DNA of 64,000 nt from Gemmatimonadota bacterium (GCA_040389905.1 JAZJZK010000020.1:1-64000), one strand, 5' to 3'. Counted from the first letter of the stretch, positions 1 through 10,334 are shown. The notes: a model not told the origin generated them from the letters alone. Translations and numbers: made by a program.

Positions 1-51
1 CGGCCGCTCACGCCACGGGACAACGCCTGGTATTTTTGCGCCAAGAAGTAA
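1..51 (+). CDS. 3' end of an upstream CDS (partial, ...RPLTPRDNAWYFCAKK*)
   Basis: Open frame from base 1 to TAA at 49-51; the rest lies outside the window. Confidence 0.4.
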   Translation, partial: RPLTPRDNAWYFCAKK

Positions 52-112
52 CTAAGCGTATCACTGCTCGGGAGGTACCGGATTTCAGTCAACTGACCGT
101 AGCTGCCGCGCG
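51..112 (-). repeat. Diverged relic of an internal RHS gene segment (direct repeat of ~5250-5311)
   Basis: 64-112 matches 5263-5311 at 47/49 nt; weaker similarity extends to ~51. Confidence 0.9.
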
Positions 113-137
113 GCGTCGGACGCTACTGACTTTACAG

Positions 138-161
138 GTGTATGGCAGTACTGCCATACAC
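138..161. repeat. 24-bp perfect palindrome, copy 1 (GTGTATGGCAGTACTGCCATACAC)
   Basis: Self-complementary; near-identical copies at 27260-27283 and 39554-39577. Confidence 0.9.
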
Positions 162-174
162 GCGTTACTACTAT

Positions 175-216
175 CCTCTCACGGTGGGGAGTCTCCGATA
201 ATCCCGGCGCGATTCA
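175..216 (-). mobile_element. IS3-family terminal inverted repeat remnant (probable IRL)
   Basis: Reverse complement of 189-216 (TGAATCGCGCCGGGATTATCGGAGACTC) is 22/28 identical to the IS end at 7448-7475. It is followed by an SD-like GAGAGGAT but no transposase. Confidence 0.65.
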
Positions 217-254
217 ATGAGACACGCCCGATCGCTGCGCACGAATGTCGGTAG

Positions 255-545
255 CTAGACGGGAACGGCTTCGCGCAGCACCCGCTCCCGCATCCGCGGG
301 CCGAGTCCGCGCTCCGTCACGATGTCAACGCGCCTACCCAGCAGGTCCTGCAAGTCCATCAGCAGGCCGCCGACGTCGAAGACGCTCCGCCCAGGGTTCA
401 TGCGCACCAGGAAGTCGATGTCGCTCAACTCGTCTGCTTCTCCCCGAGCGACGGACCCGAACACGCGAACATCCGTCGCGCCATAGTGGGCAGCGAGACG
501 CAGTACCTCAGCTCGGTGGCATTTCAACGCATCGGTGGCGGTCAT
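255..545 (-). CDS. Minimal nucleotidyltransferase (MNT/MntA-type antitoxin)
   Basis: 96 aa with [16 protein letters not shown] and RRVDIVT motifs. Confidence 0.85.
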   Translation of the reverse strand: MTATDALKCHRAEVLRLAAHYGATDVRVFGSVARGEADELSDIDFLVRMNPGRSVFDVGGLLMDLQDLLGRRVDIVTERGLGPRMRERVLREAVPV

Positions 546-782
546 GGGTCGTAGAACGGTAGCTACCTGAATTTACTCCGTCGCGCGGACACGGTCCAAT
601 TGTAGTCCAAGTGCTCGGCTGCCTTCTGCTGAGCGAGTCGATCCGACTGCGCTTAGGGCAGCCTCCGCGAGCCAATGGCCTGTACCTCGTACAAGCGGCA
701 AGTCCAGATCCCTCGACGTACCATTTTTCAACAACTCCGACCCCGCGCCACCCAGACCAGTCTCTTGGGGAGTGCGGCGCGG

Positions 783-900
783 ATGACGGAGCGGCGTTTG
801 GTCGGATTCGGAGAACGGCTCGCCGCGTTGCGCCAGCGGCGCGGGCTGACGCAGACCGCACTCGGCGACGCGGTGGGCGTCTCCAAAGGCGTGATCGGAT
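783..900 (+). pseudogene. Truncated XRE-family HTH regulator
   Basis: MTERRLVGFGERLAALRQRRGLTQTALGDAVGVS is the N-terminal part of an HTH_3 domain; similarity stops just before the next XRE gene. Confidence 0.65.
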
Positions 901-915
901 CCACAGGAGCCTGCC

Positions 916-1269
916 ATGACGCCCACCGACCGGCAATTCACCAAGGAGCTTGGCCGCCGTCTCGCGACGCTGCGCCAGGAGGCGGGCCTCACCCAGCAGG
1001 CGGTCGCCGCGCACGTGGGCGTCGCACAACAGACCCTCGCCCACTACGAGGTCGGCCGGCTCAAGCTCCCCGTCACGCTCGTCCCCAAGCTCGCGGCGTT
1101 CTTCGCCGTGCCCACGGATGTCCTCCTCGGCGTCACCAGCGCGCATCCCGGCAAGCGCGGCCCCACGCCCAAGCTCCAGCGCCAGCTCGAGCGCCTCTCT
1201 CGCCTCCCCAAGGCGCAGCAACAGACCGTCCTCGCCATGCTCGATGGCGTGCTCCTGCAGCACGGCTGA
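916..1269 (+). CDS. XRE-family transcriptional regulator (type often found near rhs loci)
   Basis: HTH LGRRLATLRQEAGLTQQAVAAHVGVAQQTLAHYEVG with C-terminal KRGPTPKLQRQLERLSRLP..QQTVLAMLDGVL. Confidence 0.85.
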   Translation: MTPTDRQFTKELGRRLATLRQEAGLTQQAVAAHVGVAQQTLAHYEVGRLKLPVTLVPKLAAFFAVPTDVLLGVTSAHPGKRGPTPKLQRQLERLSRLPKAQQQTVLAMLDGVLLQHG

Positions 1270-1366
1270 CCGTTTCTCTCTTAGCTGCTAAAGAAGAAGC
1301 CCGACCAGTTCCTTTGGCCGGGCTTCCGACGCATCACAACAATAGCTTCGGCAGTGATCAAGCTCG

Positions 1367-1834
1367 CTACTCTTGCTCCGATGCTGGCGCCTCGTCGACG
1401 CTGATGACATCAATCTCGAGCGAGGCATGGATCCCTGCCAGTGCCTGCAAGACAGTCGACCCGACTCTGAGTAAAGGCACTTCATCCTCGGGAAACACTG
1501 TGCACTTCAGGGTAGCTATTGTCCCGGAAGGTAGGCCCTTAAACAAATTCTCCTTGCCTCGCAACTGGTGGAGAATGTTTGAAATTTGATCTTCTAACGG
1601 TGCTCGCGGATCAGTTTGGGAATGCAATGACCAGTATGTAAGCCGCGCACGCCTCCCCGTATCGGTGCCATTGTGCGTCAGTAGCGGCTCCCCAGTACGT
1701 GCTGCTCGGCTTGGCGAAATCCCGAGAATACGTGTAACGTCGGCTGGCTGATCACCAAACCCACTTAGAACTAAACTGGTACGAATCGACGGGAGCAGTG
1801 CAGCTGAAATAGGGGTGTCACGCATCGAGATCAC
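1367..1834 (-). CDS. DUF4279-like protein, putative immunity protein of the RHS toxin
   Basis: P.DVTRILGISPS..G, YWSL, LQALAGIHASLEIDV pattern; directly downstream of the RHS tip; more AT-rich. Confidence 0.7.
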   Translation of the reverse strand: MISMRDTPISAALLPSIRTSLVLSGFGDQPADVTRILGISPSRAARTGEPLLTHNGTDTGRRARLTYWSLHSQTDPRAPLEDQISNILHQLRGKENLFKGLPSGTIATLKCTVFPEDEVPLLRVGSTVLQALAGIHASLEIDVISVDEAPASEQE

Positions 1835-1869
1835 ACGATGATGAGTGTTCGTGAGCGAAAGACATCATT

Positions 1870-3225
1870 TTATGGATTGGGTTTGCCGAATAAATCTTTT
1901 GCCATGCGCACTAGCTCGTCCCAAGTAAAATCACCCTTCTTGTTCTTGGAGCCACCATCACCTGATTCCTTACATTCGTGAATGTGCTCCGACATACAGT
2001 CGTACTGCGGACCTGTAGCCTGTACGCCTGTGGCTTTCTGAATGGCGGCGCGAATTTGCTTGCCTTCGCTCCTGCTATACACCGCGGTTGCGTCTGCTGC
2101 CGCTATCGCCCCGCGAGTTCTGTAGCCCAGTTGCACACCGTCACCAGGAAACGCGGGAGTAAGTAGAACACCCGCAACCAAGCCGAGACCGATAGGTCCA
2201 ACTGCGGGCCCCATCGACGCCGCACCGGCCGCAAGGCTGGGGCCAAATGCGACAGCATCCGACGCTATTGCACCGCCACCTGCAACAGCCATAAGACACC
2301 ACGGCATCGGCGTGCACAGGCCGAACGGATCCGAGAAATTGACCGGGTCGCCACTCGCAAACCCGTAGAGGTTCATCCCCCCGGCGAGCCCGATGGGGTC
2401 TTCCTGCGTGAACCGACCTGACTTCCCATCATAGTACCGGTTGCGCATATACTTCAACCCCGATTCGTCCCGCTTGTCCCGAATCAGGCTCCCCGCCCAG
2501 CCCTGCGATGCGTGCATACTCTCCTCAGAGTACGTCTGCAACTCGTTCCCGGGCCAGTCGATATCCGTCGGCGCCGCCACCCCGCTCGCCTTTGACCCCG
2601 CATCGTACTCCCCTCGGAATCCCGCGTGCGGAATGATTGTCTGACCGTTCCTTATCAGCGCCAGCGGTCGGTCCAGCGCCCCACCGTGGATGTAGCCCAC
2701 CACGCCGAAGTAGGTCGCAGATGCCGTCGTGTCGCCCCGCGCATCCGATTCCATCTGGGCATCGGATGCCGAGTGATGCCCCTGTTGGCGAATCTCATAA
2801 AGCAGCTGATCGCCGTTCCACACGAACCGCTCGATGTGGCTGCGCGCCAGTGAGTCGCTGCCCGATGCCGCGTTGTCCGCCTGCGACCGAACGAGTACGC
2901 GGCGCCCGAGTGCATCGTACCGGTATTCCTCGAACACGGTTCGCGTTTCGCGGGACGTTGATGTCCCAACGCGCGAATAGACGCGCAGCTTCTCATCCGC
3001 CCCGTAGTAGCTGGCCGCGCCGAAATCGCTCACCGGCACCGTCGTCGCGCCGTTGCCCCCACCGGCATCGTGCACGGAACGCCGATGCACCGCGTGCAGC
3101 GAATCGTTTCCTGACGCATCGTATTTCGATCGCGTCGTGTCGACTGGCTGCCCCTCGTGTGCCCCGGACATGTTGATTTCCGTGCTGGTACTGGCGATGC
3201 GCTCCGTGCCCATCACATAGGTCAT
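1870..3225 (-). CDS. RHS repeat-associated core plus C-terminal toxin domain (3' part of frameshifted RHS gene)
   Basis: YRYDALGRRV, GLKYMRNRYYD..SGRFTQEDPIGLAGGMNLYGF..GDPVNFSDPFGL core with DPxGL cleavage motif, then a variable tip. Confidence 0.9.
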   Translation of the reverse strand: MTYVMGTERIASTSTEINMSGAHEGQPVDTTRSKYDASGNDSLHAVHRRSVHDAGGGNGATTVPVSDFGAASYYGADEKLRVYSRVGTSTSRETRTVFEEYRYDALGRRVLVRSQADNAASGSDSLARSHIERFVWNGDQLLYEIRQQGHHSASDAQMESDARGDTTASATYFGVVGYIHGGALDRPLALIRNGQTIIPHAGFRGEYDAGSKASGVAAPTDIDWPGNELQTYSEESMHASQGWAGSLIRDKRDESGLKYMRNRYYDGKSGRFTQEDPIGLAGGMNLYGFASGDPVNFSDPFGLCTPMPWCLMAVAGGGAIASDAVAFGPSLAAGAASMGPAVGPIGLGLVAGVLLTPAFPGDGVQLGYRTRGAIAAADATAVYSRSEGKQIRAAIQKATGVQATGPQYDCMSEHIHECKESGDGGSKNKKGDFTWDELVRMAKDLFGKPNP

Positions 3226-6200
3226 CGTTTTCGCACTCTGATTGCCACATCCGTGAACTGCTGCTGTCCCAGCATGCTGCCATACGCGTCCACCGTCATC
3301 TGCTCGGTTGACGCAAACGCATTGTTCTTTGACCGGCCCGTGTAGGCGACTGCGCCGAGGCCAGCGTAGGCAGTCCTGACATCGTGCAGGATTCCCGGGC
3401 TAATCGCCGCCAACGTCCGCGTGACGCGCCCGCCTTGGTCATACCACAGCGAATCCAGGTGGAGTTGCGAGTATCCATTGAGCGCGACCCAGTCTGCGCG
3501 TGCCGTGACGCGACTCCCCTCATCATACGCCCACGTGCGCGTGACATTCCCGGGCGCAGTCGCCGTCTTCAGCCGGTCGGCATGATCATACGTAAACCCG
3601 AAGACTGTGCCATTCAGACCCGTGACCTGCGCGAGCGTGCCCTTGCCCGGAGTGTACTGGAACGACTGCGGGCAGCCCGTGCATCCAGCGAGCGATGCGG
3701 GATGCGTGAGGGAGATCGGCCGGCCGCTCGCGTCATACGAGTGCTCGATCCCGTACACGTGCTGCGTGAAGGCCGTCGCTCCCGGATTGTTGTAGGTGCG
3801 GATCCGTAGTGTGTCCGCTTTCAACTGCCCGTTGGGATAATAGGTGCGGCTGATCTGCGCCGCTCCGTTGTTGGCGGTCGCGATGCCGCCGGTCGGATCG
3901 TACGTAAACTCGCTCACGTCTTCCGCGATCTCGACCGATGCGCCATAGAAGGGGAATCGGTATCCGCGGGTATTGCACGCCGACAGATCCGAGGGCCAGA
4001 AGACGCTGCAATGGGCACTCGAGTCGTAGTGCACCGCCGGCACCACCCGTGACGTGAGACGGTTGAGCGCATCATAGGCGCTCACGATCGCGTAGTTCCG
4101 CCGGGTGCGGACGCGTGTCACGTTGCCGGCCGGGTCATACGAGGTCGAGTCCACACCACCGCCCGGCCGCGTCTCGGTGCGCACTCGGCTTGCAGCATCG
4201 TAGGTCCACGTGCTCGCGAGAGACGTTGAGTCAGGGCTCCCCACGCGCGTCACGCTCGTGAGCGCGCCGTTCTTGTCATAGGCATTGATGACCGTCATCG
4301 TTTGCGCCGGCACGCTGACCGTGGCGCCGTTCGTTGCCACCACATAGGACGTTGCCGGGCCGCGCGATGCCGTTCGCGTTACGCGATCCAGCAGGTCATA
4401 CGTCGTGACATCCGTCCGCGCGTGGGTCGCGTCGATCGGCGTCGTCACGGAATCCACGCGGCCCAGTGCGTCCGTGTGCATCGTTGTCGTCACCTGCAGC
4501 GCGGATGTGATCGCGCTGGGATTGCCGTACGCGGTCTCGTACTGGATGCGCTCGCGCTGACTCGTGGAGTTGTGGGCCGTCTGGATGTATTCGAGTTGCC
4601 GGGTGCCGCTGGCGTAACTGAAGAACACTTTCGCCGAGTCATGCGTGCCGGCACGCTGCCAGAGCTGCAGCGGATAGGCCGTATCGAACGCAAAATCTGT
4701 CCGTTCACCCGACGGCCCGATCACTGTGACGGGGTGATCCCACTTGGAATGCCAGGTGTAGGTCGTCGTCGACGGCGCGTTGTTGCCCAGGGCGTTGGTG
4801 ACGGTGACGACGCTGTCCAAGCCCCGCGCATTGCGCACGACGGAGGTCGTCACGTTCGTCGGACTGATGACGCTTGCCGCCAGCATCGGCCATTGCAGGC
4901 TCCGTTCGAGCCGGGTTTTCTGCCCGAGCGCGTTGATCGTCGTATCCGGTGCACCAAACCTGTTGATATAGAAGCGCGTCGTATCCGCCGCATCGGTCCG
5001 CGGCCCATCCCACCACCCGTACGCCGTGGCGACGGGCACGGGCTTCCCACTGCAGGTCGTGAGCGACATCGTTTCCGAGGGACAGAACCCGTGCACGATG
5101 TTCGCCCCCGTGGACGCCATATCGAACGTCGACGCGATGAGGCCCCCGTACGGGTCAAACCCGAACGTCGTGACGTGCGACATCCGATCGGTCCGCGTCG
5201 CCATCCGCCGGGCCGGTGTGCTGTTGTCGTACGTGAAGGTCACCGCCGTGCTGAGCGCATTGCTGCTCGGGAGGTACGGAATTTCAGTCAACTGACCGTA
5301 GCTGCCGCGCGCCTTCAGGGTCGTTACCCGATCATCGCCGGCAATACCTGGCGCGTGAATGGCCACTATGCGCGTCACATGGACGGCGCTACTGTCCGGC
5401 CCATAGTCGAACGTGTACGCGCGCTCGGTCCCGCCGCTCGGCACGGGCACCGTGATCTTCGTGAGCACCGCATCGTATGTGAAGGTCGTCAGGTGCCCAA
5501 GCACATCGCGCGTGGAGGTATGTTGGCCGCTGCTGTTGAATTCCACATACGCGCCGTTCGGTAACCGGCGACGATAGCCACTGTTGTTGGCATGCATGAT
5601 GAGCGTATCCGGCCGGTCCACGGCGGGACTTACCAGGAACACGCTGTCGGTGGTGTTCGTGCGCCGGTACATGCGCGTACTGCCGTCACCACCAATCCAG
5701 AGATTTCTGTATGTGTCGATCGGCTGGATCGTCTCGAGGCCATCGAGCCACCACCCCGCACCAAACGGACTACCCGAGCGATTCACGACCACGAACGTGC
5801 CGGTGTCCGGCTGGCTCGTGCTGGAGCTGTCGCCATTCTTGTAGGCCTTGATCTGCAGCGCGTATGAATACGCGCCCGTGTTGAAGCTGGCGATTCCCGT
5901 GTCGAGCGGAATCGTGATGCGGTTGTCTGCACGCTGGGTGATCGACGTCCATCCGAATTTCGTGGACGCAATGACCTTGTCCGCATACCCAGGGTGCGGG
6001 GTCGTGACGACGGCCCGGATTGAGTCGGCACCATCGAGCACCATCACGTTCGCCGCCAGCATGACCGACGGGCTCGCGGCGCGACTACTATAGACGAGTG
6101 TCGGCGCGCGCGTCTTGCCCAGGGTGGTCACCGCGGGCAGCGGATGGACCACGCGGAGCTCGCCGCATTCGTACGCCGAGGCGTCGCTCACGGCGATGGT

Positions 6201-7447
6201 GAGACACGCTCCGCGTGAGACGGACGTGCCGGGATTGATCGCGTTCGCCACGACTTCCACGGCCGACGGAGTATAGGTGCGGATCGCAAGCTTGCCGGTT
6301 GCTTTGGTCGCCGAATCAATCGAGTGGCGCGCCAGGAGCCGCAGGGTGTCCATCGTGGTGGTGGCCGTGGCAGCCTTGTACGTGACCGTCACTCCGATGC
6401 TGTTGTTCGGCCAGAGCATCGGTGTGGTGTCGTGCAGCGAATCCGTCGTGGACGGATGCAAGAGAGCGCACTTCGCGACGGACGTCGGGCACGTGAGCGT
6501 GTAATTGAATGCCGAGACCGTATCGCCGGTGTTCTTGATCATGAACTCGTATTGCTTCAGCTCATTCGGTGACGGCACCGCAACGGCAACGGTCGGTGTG
6601 ACAGCCACCGACTTCACCGCTCCCGCGCCGGCAAAGCGAACCGTGTAGTCGCCGGTGTCCGCTTGGGTACCGGTCGTCAGGCCGAGCTTCACCTTGCCCT
6701 CGACCCCATAGGCTGAATCAGCTCGCGTCATGTACGACACCCAGGCCTTCGTGCTCTGCCCCGAGCCGAGCGTGACGGAGAATCCGGTGCCCCACGTTGT
6801 GAAACAGTTGTACGCGAACCCGCTGCAGAGCGGTGCATACGTGATGGTCACGCTCTCTGTTCCGTAGTTGGCGATCACGAACGACAGAGAGTCCTGCGCG
6901 TTGCCCGGCATCGTTACGCGCTGACCCTTGGTGTACGTCGTGAATGCCGGCCCGGCCGGCCCGAACGTCTTCAGCGTAACCTTGCCGGTAGATGATGTCA
7001 CTGCGCCGTTGGGCGCCGTGACGCTCGCCGTGAGATTCCAGTCGCGCTGAAGACCTTGGATGTACGGCGCCTGCACTGTAAGGAACACTGGGACTGTTTG
7101 CCCAGCCTCGACATCGACAGTGGTTGGTGGAGTAGTGACGGCGTAGGTGAAATCTGTGGGTACAGGCGCGCTGATCGCGTAGGTTGCGCGCTCGGTGCCA
7201 ACGTTCTTGACGCTGAAGGCTCCGCCCAGGTATTGCCCGTAGAATGCTGAATACGAACCATCTTTCGGCTGGACATCGGGCAGGTACAGCGACGCCATGG
7301 AGGGTGTCTTCGTCATGACAGAGCCCGTGTCCGCCGCATTTCCAGCGGGCGAGGCGTTCACTGCAATGAGCCGCAAGGCCGACGTATCCTGCGGGTTCGC
7401 AGCCGTCGTGAAGAAGACGCGCGCCGTGTCGGTTTCCTGTGGCGGTA
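3222..7447 (-). CDS. RHS/YD-repeat protein, N-terminal part with Ig-like beta domains; 5'-truncated by an IS3 end and frameshifted near 3250
   Basis: SPFGAGWWLDG and many YD repeats (YDLLDRV, YDPAGNV, YDALNRL); frame is open upstream of 7376 up to the IS end at 7448. Confidence 0.85.
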
Positions 7448-7680
7448 TGAATCGCCCCGAGTTCTCCGGAGACTCAGTGGGGTGAGTGCACCAGCCGCGA
7501 CTGGTGCTGTGCCACGCCGATCAAACTGATCCTCATACTCCGCTGGGGGAACATGGCCCAGCGGTTCCAAGCCGACACGTGTTGAACCAGGCGACCCATG
7601 CCAGCGTCGCATATTCGACATCGCCTCAGCAGCGCCACGGCCCGGTGTGTCGATGATCGTTCGTGCGTTCTGGCGCGCCC
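7448..7680 (-). mobile_element. IS3-family remnant (IRR plus degenerate integrase C-terminus)
   Basis: TGAATCGCCCCGAGTTCTCCGGAGACTC end resembles IS6110/IS629-type IRs; minus strand encodes DVEYATLAWVAWFN..(frameshift)..EPLGHVPPAEYE. Confidence 0.8.
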
Positions 7681-8126
7681 ATGTGTCTACCATGATGTGG
7701 TGACCTGCCTCTCGGCGCTGGCTGAGGCTGAAGGACGTTGGCGCCGCTGTCACGAGTTCGGAGTGTTCATTTGGTGGGGTGAGGTGCCCATCTTCGTCGA
7801 TTCGTTTGACAAGCATCTCGGGCTTGACGATCCGACCACGCCACCACCTTCTCACCAGCTGGCCAGAATTTCCGGAAAACGCGCGCCAGAAATGCCGGAA
7901 CGCACAACGCTGTGCCATCGCTACTTATGCGTTTCGCCATGTCCGCACCGTGCGACAATTCAGGCAAATGGTGCGCACAGTCGCTCGAATGCTTCGCAAA
8001 TGAAGTAATAGTCCCCGACGTGCGACTCGACCCATGCGTTGTCGCCTCGGCGTCTTACTCCGTTAGCTTCAAGAGCGACGCGACGGAGCACCAAGGCCGT
8101 CCTTACAAGCCTGGGGGCTTAGGCGC

Positions 8127-10334
8127 ATGAGACGCTGCAATCGTCTGATACTCGCAGTCTTTGCAGTCGGCGCCGTCGCCGGCGGCGCACATGCGCAGCA
8201 GGTCACCATCGCGGCAGGCACGTCGCCATCCGCGCAACTTGCTCCAGGCGCCACACTCGCGGTCCCGCTGGCCGCAGATCTGTCATCGGCGAGCGGCGTT
8301 ACGCTCACAACGCTTGGCATGTCGGTTACATGGAGCCAGAACAGGCTCGTACTGGACTCCGTAATCGCGGGCGCCTTTGGCTCACTGACAACCAATACGA
8401 GTGCTGCGGCCACCGGCACGCTGACGCTGTCCGCCAGCAGCGCCTTGGGCGCAACCTCGTCGGCCACCATCGGCACGCTCTACTTTACAACGGCCGCCGT
8501 GCCCGGCGGCACGCAGCTGCGCCTTGCGCCCTCCGCCGCCAGCGACCCCTCCGGAACGAGCCTCCTCCCGATTCTCCGCACTCGGCCGCTCGATGTCTGC
8601 GTGCGTCCAACCGGCTCCTGGGGCGACGCGAACGACGACAATGCGGTCAACATCGTGGACGCGCAGCAGATTGCGCGCTTTAGCGTCTCCTTGAGTGTCG
8701 CGAGCGCGGTCATGGTGAGCGCGCGTGGCGACGTCACCAACGACGGAAGCGTCAACATCATCGACGCGCAGCAGATCGCGCGCTACAGCGTGGGGCTGTC
8801 TGCGGCCGCTCGCGTGAATACCCTCGCGGCGACTCCTCCGGTCGTTGCCACAATTGCCGTAACACCGAACGCACCTGCCCTCGTGGAAGGCACAACCTCG
8901 CAGCTCACGGGAACGCCGAAGGATGCGGACGGAGTAGACGTCACGGGTTGCGCCGTGGTGAGCTGGTCTACGAGCGATGCCACCACACTCACCGTAAGCG
9001 CGAGCGGCGCGGTCAACGGCGTCGCGGGCGGCTCGGCAGCGATCACCGCGTCGTCGGGTGCGGCGACAGCGAGCGTCACCGTGTCGGTATCTCAGAACAG
9101 GGCGACGTACCAGCTACCGGGCATCGATCTCGGACTCCACCGCGACGGCTCTGCCTTGGGATCATCGGTGTCGGAAGCGAGCGTGCTCGACATGCTGCGG
9201 CGGCTCAAACCCTTCGCGCAACGCGTTCGCTCCTACAGCATGATCAACGGCGACCAGTACATCGTCACCCACGGGCACGCGCTTGGATTTCAGGTCGCCT
9301 GCACCGCCAACATCATCGGTGGAGCGAACGACCAGCATGAAATCGACGCCCTCAACGCCGCAATCGATGCTCGGCTCTGCGACCTGGCGATTGTCGGGAA
9401 CGAAACATTCCTCGTTACTCCCGAACATCCGTCTATGCCGGAACCCACGCTGCTGTCGCGCATCGCGGAAGTGGCGCCGCACGCGCGGGCGGCCGGCATT
9501 CCGGTGACCACCGCGCAGACGAATTCGAGCTACCTGGAGCACCGAGAGAATCTGTTTCCGGCAGTCGACGTCGTGTTCGCGAACTTTTTCCCCTATTGGA
9601 ATGGTGTACCCGTGGAGCTGGCGATCGCGCAGCTTCACGAACAGTTCCAACTGACGCGCGCGGAGGCTGAGCGGGCGGGCAAGAGCGTGATCGTCTCCGA
9701 GTCCGGGCATCCCTCCGACGGGAACGCGTTCGTGACGAGCGCCTGGGGTTCACCGGGCGCGGTGCCTTCACCAGTCAACGCAGCGAAGTATTTCCTGAGC
9801 TTCGTGTCGTGGGCGCGCGCGCTCAACGTGCCGTATTACTTCTTCGCCGCCTTCGACGAACCGGCCAAGGCGAGTTCCTCGCCGCAAGAAGCCCATTGGG
9901 GGCTCTGGGATCGCAATGGTCTTCTCAAGGCCGGCATGCAGCAGGTGTTCGACGGCAACACCCTCCCCGTGGTGAGCGGCACCGGTGGGCCGAGTATTCA
10001 GTTCACTCACGTTCCGTCGACGGGGAGCCTGTCGGATTCACTCATCACCGGACGAGTGGAGCAGGTAAAGCCGGCGGACTATGTGGTTGCGGTCTACATC
10101 AAGGTGGGCTCGTACTGGGTGACGAAGCCATTTCTCGATGCGCCAACGGCCGCGGTTCTCCAGGATGGCAGTTGGCGCTGCAAGTGCATGTCGGAACCCT
10201 CGGATCACGACGCCACGGAGATCAGGGCGTTCCTTATTCCGGCGCTGGTTCGGCCGCCGGTACTCAAGTACGGTTTTGCGACGAGTCTGCCGGCATCGCT
10301 GGCGGAGTATCCGAACGCCGTCGTGGTGCCCTGA
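8127..10334 (+). CDS. Secreted modular glycoside hydrolase: cohesin-like, dockerin, Ig-like (Big_2) and GH17 beta-1,3-glucanase domains
   Basis: Signal peptide; dockerin duplication GDANDDNAVNIVDA / GDVTNDGSVNIIDA; GH17 motifs IVGNE, ANFFPYW, VSESGHPSDG, FAAFDEPAK..EAHWGLW. Confidence 0.8.
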   Translation: MRRCNRLILAVFAVGAVAGGAHAQQVTIAAGTSPSAQLAPGATLAVPLAADLSSASGVTLTTLGMSVTWSQNRLVLDSVIAGAFGSLTTNTSAAATGTLTLSASSALGATSSATIGTLYFTTAAVPGGTQLRLAPSAASDPSGTSLLPILRTRPLDVCVRPTGSWGDANDDNAVNIVDAQQIARFSVSLSVASAVMVSARGDVTNDGSVNIIDAQQIARYSVGLSAAARVNTLAATPPVVATIAVTPNAPALVEGTTSQLTGTPKDADGVDVTGCAVVSWSTSDATTLTVSASGAVNGVAGGSAAITASSGAATASVTVSVSQNRATYQLPGIDLGLHRDGSALGSSVSEASVLDMLRRLKPFAQRVRSYSMINGDQYIVTHGHALGFQVACTANIIGGANDQHEIDALNAAIDARLCDLAIVGNETFLVTPEHPSMPEPTLLSRIAEVAPHARAAGIPVTTAQTNSSYLEHRENLFPAVDVVFANFFPYWNGVPVELAIAQLHEQFQLTRAEAERAGKSVIVSESGHPSDGNAFVTSAWGSPGAVPSPVNAAKYFLSFVSWARALNVPYYFFAAFDEPAKASSSPQEAHWGLWDRNGLLKAGMQQVFDGNTLPVVSGTGGPSIQFTHVPSTGSLSDSLITGRVEQVKPADYVVAVYIKVGSYWVTKPFLDAPTAAVLQDGSWRCKCMSEPSDHDATEIRAFLIPALVRPPVLKYGFATSLPASLAEYPNAVVVP

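Noticed and set aside
51..161. Palindrome plus RHS-matching segment as a CRISPR repeat with a self-targeting spacer
   Set aside because: Only single dispersed palindromes with no regular repeat-spacer array and no cas genes; the match behaves like a diverged coding relic.
4302..5564. 420-aa + strand ORF, and similar long antisense ORFs such as 24663-26066, 42154-43323 and 58890-60065
   Set aside because: Shadow frames opposite well-supported genes in high-GC DNA; Arg-rich with no motifs.
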